Shown: positions 1 to 9,000 of the stretch, one piece after another
How the letters are laid out: each line of letters starts with the position of its first letter
Position numbering within the stretch: the stretch's first letter is position 1
NCBI GenBank assembly: GCA_051883535.1
Contig: JBJETX010000079.1
Coordinates: 1-52,649 of the forward strand
Reading direction: 5' to 3'
DNA length: 52,649 nucleotides
From: Christensenellales bacterium
GTDB taxonomy: Bacteria; Bacillota; Clostridia; Christensenellales; DTU072
The notes under the pieces: model-generated
Seen by the model: only the letters and a program-made list of their open reading frames with translations
What the model was told of the DNA's origin: nothing
The model's database searches: none
Position numbers and translations under genes: made by a program

Positions 1-3000
1 TTGTTTTCGCGCAGGTTCACGTCTCCCGTAGTCGGCAGATATCCGTCGGGCGAAACGACAACCGCCGCCTGTCCGCTCTGTGCGAGCAATACGTCTTTTA
101 TCTCTTCGTAAAGTCTGCAGACCTCGTCGTCGCACTTCGCCGTTCCCGCAACCGTATCGTACATCACCTTGCGTCCGTAGGACTCGCATCCGACGGTTCC
201 GCACGCAAGCGTAAGTTCCGTCGTTCCCGTCGCGGTGTGCGTATGTCCGCACTTATTGCAGACGAAGGAAAGATTGTTCAGGTTGAGGACGTAGTTTATT
301 CCCGTTTCCTCGCATACGAACGTCGCCGTATTGCCGTTTACTTCGACGAAAAGTCCGTCAAGCGTAACGAACGCGATTTCGGAAATCGTCATTCTTTCGC
401 AACTGTACGTCGCCTTGGTCGGCGCGGTGGAGTCGCTCTGTTCTTTGAGTCCGTCGAGCGTGAACTGTCCCACGTCGGCGTTTCCGAGGTAAACCAGACA
501 GCCGCTCTGCTGCGACAACTGATTGTTGACGACTCTGTTCTTCTGCAACGCTTCCCAATAGATGACGTATCTCTTACGCGCGTTGACCGCCGCCATCGTG
601 TCGTCGTCCGTGCCGTATTCGAACAGCCTGCTGTCTTCGGGATAGAACAGTTTTCTCACGAACCCTTCTTCCTTATCCTGCACTTTTATGCCCACGAACG
701 CTCCCGACGCGTCTTCTTCGAAGATTATTCTCTTTACTCCCTTTTCTCCCGTAACCGGGTCGGGCATAATTATTCTCACAGCAAACGCCACGAGGTAATA
801 ATCCTCTGCGGAATACGGCGTGTACGCCGAGAAGTAGAAACCGAGAGGATTCATATACACGAATCTCCGTTGTTCTCCTTCCGCTTCGAAAATCGTGCCG
901 CTCGCCGCGTCCGTTCTGCGATAGAACCCGGCGTAACTCCATTTCGCCACGAACACGCTCATCTCGACTTCCTGTCCCGCGTCGCTCTCGATTCTGCCTT
1001 TTACGACCTGCTTCGAGCCGTCGGTAACCGTCGTTATGTTGCCCGTGGGCTGAATTCCCACGTTGTTCCATCTGACCGTCATCATCTGTCCGCCTACGAT
1101 AATTCCCGCGGGCATATCGTCCGCCTGCGAGAATTCAAACGGATTGTAAACGTACAACGACTGTCTGACGAGTTTTCCGCTTTCGCCGTACTCGTTCGCA
1201 AACGTATACACGACGGTTCTCTGCGCGTCGTATCCCGAGAACTCGGACATCTCTTTGTTTCCGAATCTGTCCTCGTATTTAAGGGTGTACGCTATTTTGC
1301 CGTTCGCCTCGTAATCGGAAGGCGTCGCAAGCGTAGCGTCGTAAGCGTAATAATAAACGTATCCCGAACGCGCCTTATACATATAATAAAGTCCGTCCGA
1401 AGTCAGTTTGCCGTCGTACGTTCCGTCCGCCGCGTACGCAAGACCGTCTTCGATATATTCCGTCGTAACGCTCTTGTCCTCGTCCGCGAGCACGCGTCTT
1501 TCGGCAATCGCCGCCATATGTATGACGACGCTTTCTCCCGTAACTCCCGAACCGAGCGTTCCGCTGAGCGTTCCCGTAATTCCCGCGTAACTTACGTTGC
1601 CCGTAACTCCGTCCACGCTCCACGCGATTTCGGTCTCGTACGGTTTTCCGCTTTCGTCGTCCGTTCTGTCGTCGCCCGAGAAGAACACGAGAATCCTGTG
1701 CGGCACCGCGCGATAAGAGTAATACGGTTCGATAAAGTATTCCGCGAGGTTCGCGTCAAGCAACGCGGCAAACCTGTCGAGAGAATATCCGCTCGCGCCG
1801 TATCTGCCGACTTCGATAATCTGCCCGTTGATCTCCTGCATATTCTTTATCGTGCCCATATATTCCGCTTCCGCGTATACCGTTTCGGTGAAACTCTTTA
1901 TTCCCGCGATTATAAGGTTGCGCAGAACGTCCGTCACCGCCGCTCCGCTCACGAGACTCCTTCTCAAAGAGTTTATCGTCGTGGCGTAGTTCGTTATGGC
2001 GTTATACGAATACCTTATTACGTTGCCGAACAGTCCTTCGTACTCGTTCCATCTCGCCATATCTCCGCCCGTAAACGCGGTGAAGTCCATCGCCTCGCGC
2101 ACGGCGTTTACAAGGTACGCTCTCATAACTTTCTTCGTCAGTCCGGCGGCGGTTCTGTTATACGCGTAGTTCTTTACGAACGCGTCGAACGTATACGTTT
2201 CCGCTTTTACTCCGCCGTAAGCCGTTCCGCCGAATCTGTGTTTATTCAGATCGAGTCTGCTTTCGAACAGTCCGATTACCGTTTCTTTTATCGCCGCCGC
2301 GTCCGCGTCTCCCGCTACGACGGTTGCGTCCGCATAGTCGTACGCTTCCAGAATCGCCTGTACGATAGCCGCATATGCGAGTTCTTCGTAAGTGTATTTA
2401 TTTGTCAGTTTCTGCGCCTGTCCGGCGGATCCCGAACGGTAAACGGGCAACGCCGTTCCGTCGCCGTATTTTACCGTAGCCGCTTTATCCGCGGCGGACA
2501 ACTCGGAATAATTTACCTTTCTGCCTCCGACCGTGTAATCGACGTATTCGGGAAGGAAACCGAATCCGATTTCTTCCGCGTCCGCAACGTCTATCTGCTT
2601 GGCGGCAAACTCCGCGCTTACTCCGCTCTTTTCGAGCGAACGCAGTTTGTATACGTCCGCGATTACCGCGTCCGCGTCGAACCCGGCTTCTATCATATTC
2701 TTATAGCCGATCGCGTCGTTGTACTCTTCGTCCGTCATGCCGTCGAGTTCTACGGCAAACATTCTTTCGTATTCTTTCTCGACGCAACCCCTTATAGCCG
2801 CGTTGTATCCGCTTTGTACGAACTCGTCGAAGTACGCCGCGATTTTCTCGTTTATCGACTTTTCTTTCGCCGTGTTCGAACCGCTTCCGCGGATTATCGA
2901 GAGTATCGACGTAACGTACGACCCCGCGTTTTCTCCGTCGTAATACGCCAGCGCGATCGCCGCGGCTTTCAGTTTGTCGAGCGCGTAGTTGTAACTCTCG

Positions 3001-6000
3001 TCCTCGTCGTACGCCCTTCTTGCCGGCAACGCGCTTTCGTCGTAAATTCCTCTGAACGCGATTTCCGTCGTCCAGGCAAGCAGTTTTTCGCTGACTGACG
3101 CAGCCGTCGTTCCCACGTCGGGCGTTATGCTGATATTTTCAATGGAAAGGCGTATGCCGCTCCTTATTTCCTGCGCCGCCGCAATTACGTTTTTCAGGTT
3201 GGTTTCCACCCTTATAAGGTTTACTCCCGTAAGCAGAGAACTCTGATACGCCGTGAAGTCGCTGCGTTTCTCCTCGTATATCGCGTTCCTTATAGCCGCG
3301 TCGTCGATATCTATCACGGCAAGCGCGTCGTTGTAAATAAGGCTCGCTTTCTGAGCGTATCCGCTTGTTCCGACGGTGTACAATTTTACTTCCGTTCCTT
3401 CGATTACGGCGTTTTTCTGCTCATCGCTGAGCAGGTTGTACCTTACCTGCTGTCCGTCTTCGTAATACGGCTCGTAGTAGTACAGCAGATTCGCCGCTTT
3501 CGCGTATCCGTCTTCCCCTTCGACGAACAGATATTTATCCGTCGTGCCGACCTTTTTCGCTCTTTCCGATTCGGGCAGATCGGCGTAAAGCACTTTGCTG
3601 TCGTCTATCAGATATTCGGTATAATAGACTATTCCTTCCGTCTCCTTGGGCCGTTTGTTGTGGAAATAGAATCTTATGTCGAGATTCTGTTCCAATCCGA
3701 GTTCGACGGTAAGTTTAAGTTCTCTTTCGTTGAGCAATCCGACGCTTATTCCCGACAAATCGCCCGAAGACGACGTCATCGCCTCAACGTCTATTCCTCT
3801 CGCGTCGAAGTAAATTTTCGTTACTTCCCTCGTTCCGCCGTAAACATACCTGACTCCCGAGAACGAGAAGGTCTCTCCGCTCGTGTAACTTGCCAGCAGG
3901 TCGGTCGGCAATTCGAGGTAATGCCTGCCGTCGTCGTCGGTCTTTATCGCGCCTTTTCTCACCGCGTCGGTATCCGCATACGCGTCGATATAAACTCTGT
4001 ATACGCGTTTTCCGCCGCTTTCGAGCGTCTCCGTCGCAAGCCCGTTGCCCCTGTCGTCCGTCTCCCACGGGAGAAGCACTACTTCGGCGGATTTTATCTG
4101 TACGTACAGAGAAATCGCCGTCGTTCCGAAACGGTTGCCCGCGCTGTCCGTACAGCCGAGAATCTCCGCCGTAGCCATAACGTATTTGCCCGTCGTTCCC
4201 TTATAGGTAAGCCCGGAAAGCACCGAATCGGGCGCGCCGTACCACACGGGGTTGATTTTCCATTTGACTCCGCTTACGTTTATCGTTCTGCCGTTTACCG
4301 ACACGTTTATCGTGGAAGGCAGATACTTCGTTCCTCCGAGATATTCCACTACGCCCGGATTGGTGAAGTCGTATACGTTATCCACGGTTATCAGACCGTC
4401 GGATACGGCGAACGTTCCGGTATCGGCAAACGACGCGGAAGGATTACCTCCCGAGAACCCGTCGTTCATGCTTACGGGCAGTTCTTCGAACACTATCGTC
4501 CTCTTGATTCTGAACCCTTCGCTCGTAAGCGCGCTGATCGTAATCTGCCTGTTCTTTCCCGTAGCGTAAATCGCTTCCGCGGGAATAAACGATATTACGT
4601 CTCCCGCGTTTATTCCGTCTATGTTGGTCGGGTTGCCGCCCGACATTACTTCGACGTACCACTCCGAAAGTTTTTCGTCGGTCGCGTTGCGGTTGTAATT
4701 GAATTTACGCGTGTTGTTCGTTCCGTCGTTGACTATCGCCGTAACCGTCGCGCTTACCGAGTTACCCATAATATATCCGTCCGAATACTGCGCCGCGCCG
4801 CCCGCGGTGTATACGGTAACTTTGACGGTTTCCGTTCCGCGCGAATCCTGCGTGAGGTAATATCCGCCCGTAAATACGAGTTTTGCCCTGAGGTCGTACG
4901 ACCCCGTTCCCGTTCCCAACGCAACGACGTATTTTCCGTCGGGCATCGGGTCTCCCGAGTCTCTCGGTCTTACGAGCATATCGTTTACGTCCATTATTTC
5001 GTAAAGATTCTTTATCGAAATATTCTTGTTCGCAACGGTCCTGGTCGTTCCCTCGGACACGCGCAGATAACGGTAATAATTCGTCAGCCTGTATACGATT
5101 TCGCGGTAACTCATGGTAACCGTACGGTTGAGACTGTTTTTCAGTTCGATTTCTCCGCCGTCTCTCAATCCGAGAGAAGAATCGATTTCCACCTTCTTTT
5201 CTTCGGAATGATAACTTACGTACGCGGAAAGCAGACTTGCCGACCCGAAGGGCGCGCCGTTCGCGTCCGTCGTTACGCCGTTTACCGAAACGACTCTCCA
5301 ATCAACGTATTTTTCCGCCATATCCTCGCCGATAATGTAAGCGGCAAGTTCCGCGTAACTTATATTCCGCGCCGCAGATTCTCCGTAACTTATGGTGAGC
5401 AGTCCGTTCTCGTTCACCGCCGCGGTGTACTCGACTCCCGTCCCGGGGTCGATATATTTAAGTTCCACGGTCATTACGTCCGCGTTTCCTTCCGCAGGGC
5501 GGAACTCGTATTTAACCGTAGCCGCTTCCCTGATCGATACGGTAAGCGTCGCCGTTCCCCTTCTCATAAGTATGGAATGGTCGAATACCGACGCTTCGTC
5601 GTTAATAATCTTCTGCGACGCCATATCGGTTTCGTATTTGTTGAGGCTGAGCGTCGCTCTCGAATACAGCGAAGTTATGAATTCGTACACGCCGACCGAT
5701 CTGCGCCATACGTATCTGCCCGTTTCCGCGTCAAGCGTATAAAGTCCGATTTCTCCTCCGGGCGTATCTCCGTCCTCGTCCGCTCCCGTACTGATATGAA
5801 TATAGTAGGCGGACGTGCTCTGATAGTAGTATCCGATTTCCTTGCCGTCCAGTTTGAACAGGCTTCCCACCGTTACTTTTCTGTCGAGAACTTCTCCGTT
5901 CTCGCTCTTTATCGTCACGTAATACGAACTGAACTCGTTGCTTACTTCCATCTTGTTGAGTTCGTAGTTTTCCACCACGACGACGAGATAAATGTCAACC

Positions 6001-9000
6001 GTAACGCCGCCGTCCGTTCCTATCGTGGTAACCAGCGTCATTACCGTGTTCGGCTCGAAAATGAAGTCCGCGCCGGTTTTCGCAGGTCTCCAGGTCGGAA
6101 TGTAAATCTGCGTATGTCCGTCGCTGAACGTCGCCACGAGCCTGTCGGGCAGTCTGAAGTTTTCAAACGTATTCGCGTAATAGGTGTAATACGTCAGTTT
6201 CGTCATAGAACTTCCCGAAACGACTTCGGTTATCGTCGCGGGCGTTTCCAGTTTTTCTCCCGTGGAATTGACGTAGAAGTCCACGTTCGTCGGGTCTTTG
6301 CTGAGAATTCTCACCGCCACCGTGATTTCGCGGTATCCGCTCGTCGCGTTTCCTATCTTAACCATTGCGCGGAAGATAAGTTCTTCGGTGAGTTCCTCGA
6401 CGTCGATAGCGACTTTATAACGCGTCTTTCCGCTTGCGTCGGTCACGACTTCTATAATCGGTACGTACGCTCCCTTCTCGGAATCGTAATAGGTATAAAC
6501 GGGGTTGCCCGCCGCGTCAAAGTACGCGCACCAGGAAAGATTGCCGAAAGTATGCGCGCTTACGAACCCTTCGTATCTGAAATAGATTTTCAGCGAATCG
6601 GGCAGATAAAGCGTTTCCGCGTTAAGCGGATCTACTTTGTAATATCCGAGCGCGCCTTCGTCTCCCGCGTCAACCTTGTTCATAACGAAAGTCTCTCCGG
6701 TAAGCCTGTCGGTTTCCGGTCCGACCACGTCTACGTCGAGTTGCGGACAATCGGCGACTATTCTCAGTTCTATCAGCGAGAAGTCGGTTATGCCCACCGC
6801 CTGATCGTTGAGGTGATCTGGATCGATAATTCCGTTGGAAAGCGTGCTTATCGCGTAAAGTTCGTTATCCAGCGAGAAGTACAACCTGAACAGGTAATAC
6901 AAATCCAGTCCCGCGGTTGTTATCTGATCGGGATTATCGGTGTTGAATCCGTATTTTGCCCTCGTCTCGGCGTCTCCCGCAACGTAAAGTTCGTACTCTT
7001 CTTCCGTAAGATGCACGGGTACGTCCGGATTGCTCCTGAGATAGAAGTAATAGAACGGACGGTTGTACGCCGTGGTTTCGCCCTCTACGTCCGTATCCCT
7101 TATCATGGCGTTGCCGACGCGGTCGGATTTGTATTTCGTCGCCTCTCCCGAACCGTATTCGACGGTAAATACCGTTCCTCTGAGTTCGGACGCGGAAAGA
7201 ACGGTTCCGAGTTCGGAATACGTCCAGTTGTTTCTCACTTTGACTCTGCCGTCCGCGGTTTTAACGTACAGATAATCTTCCGTGACGGTTTTGTCCGTAC
7301 GGAATATCTTGACTTTCTTTGCTCTCAGCGTTTCGCCGAGCGCGTCGTAACGCTGTTCGAGGTCGGTGTATTCGTTCTCTTTGTACAGATAAGAATACGC
7401 GTATTCCCCGTAGGACGAACCCTTGCTCGTTACGTTGATTATCGCGGGATTTCCCCACTTGACGCGGTACGAATCGTCGATATCGTACGCTCCCGAATAC
7501 GTTCCGTCGCCGTTTTTCAGCAATCCCCTCACTATCTGCATATCGAAAACGTACTCGTACTCGTTTATGCCGTCGGTAAATACGAAAATAGGTCTGCTTT
7601 CTATCTCGTAAGTGCTTTCGTCGTAATAGTTGCCTCTGTAAACGCCGTTGACGTACGTGTCCGTCGCGCCGTTGCCCGCGTTATAACTTTCGGGCGAGAA
7701 TTCGTCGGTATCGTAGAATTTAAGGTGAGAAAACTCTCTCTTTCCGATATTAACGCGCAAGGCGATAAGTTGTCCGCGGAAGTAAGTATGAAGATAAATC
7801 GTTCCGCCGAGAGGAGAAACCGAGGTTTCGACGTTGTTGCCTTTCTCGCATATATCGTAACTCCAGTCGTAACGCGTAAGAACTCCGTCCGCGTAGTTGT
7901 CGTAACTTCTCGCAATATACGTATTGCCGACGTCGTTGGCGTACAGATAACTCTGCTGCCATGCAAATTGTATGGAAAACGCGAATTTCGCCTGAGAGAA
8001 ATATGCCGCGGAGAACGCCTTTACCGCTTCCGCGTACGCGCTTGCGACGTCTTCGCGCGAATGAAGAATCGCGGGATTGAAGTTCGCGGTGTCGGAAAGA
8101 TACGCGTATTTTGCGATCGCGTAATCGTACGGATCCACGCTGATTTCGTCCACAACGGGCGCGCGGGAAGCGACTTCTTCTTCCGTCGTGTAAACGGAAA
8201 CGTAATCGTCGGTGTCTATTTCTCTGTTTACCACGATTATTCTGACGGGGAAGGTTATCTCGCCCATCATTCCGGGCGCGACGATAACTTCGGTTACCGT
8301 CATATATCCTTTTTTGTCGGCGGAAGCGAGGTTCCAGTCGATAACGAATCTCGCGTTGAAGTTTTTCAACTGCGTCGTGGTGCTGTCCGTCTTTACGTTG
8401 ACTTCCACGCTTTCGCGCAGGGGTTCGCACGGCTCCATAACGTAGAGAGAGATCGGCGTTTTCGTACTCGAAATAAGCACGCCGTCGTCGTCGTAAACTT
8501 CCACGACGTATTCTTCGTCCGCTTTGCTGTAATACTGCGGATATCCGCTCGATTCGTCGTAATAAAGCGTCTCTATCTTACCGAGTTCGCCCGAGTCGAG
8601 ACTCTCGAAAGTGATAAAGTATCTTCTCACTTCTCCCATAAAACTGCCGTTGGTTCTCGGCGCGTACTGCGTCTTGCAATCCTCGGTTATCTTTATCGAA
8701 TCGGGGTCGTATTCGAACAGCAAATCCCTGTCGGTGCTTACGGATATATAAGCGTGATCGCCGTTTTCGTCCTCGACCGCGCGGTTCCTGTCGAAGAAGT
8801 AATAACTCGCCCCTTCGTCGTGGAACACGACTTCGTTTATTCCCGCCCAGTAAACGTATACCGTTCCGTCGTCGCCGACTTCGATATACTCTTCCCTTAC
8901 CTGACGCTGTTTTCCGTAATACGTCCTGTAATAATACCTTCCCTCGTTTTCGTAAACGAGCATATTCTCTTTGCTTCTTTCCTTCGTCGGGTCGAGAATA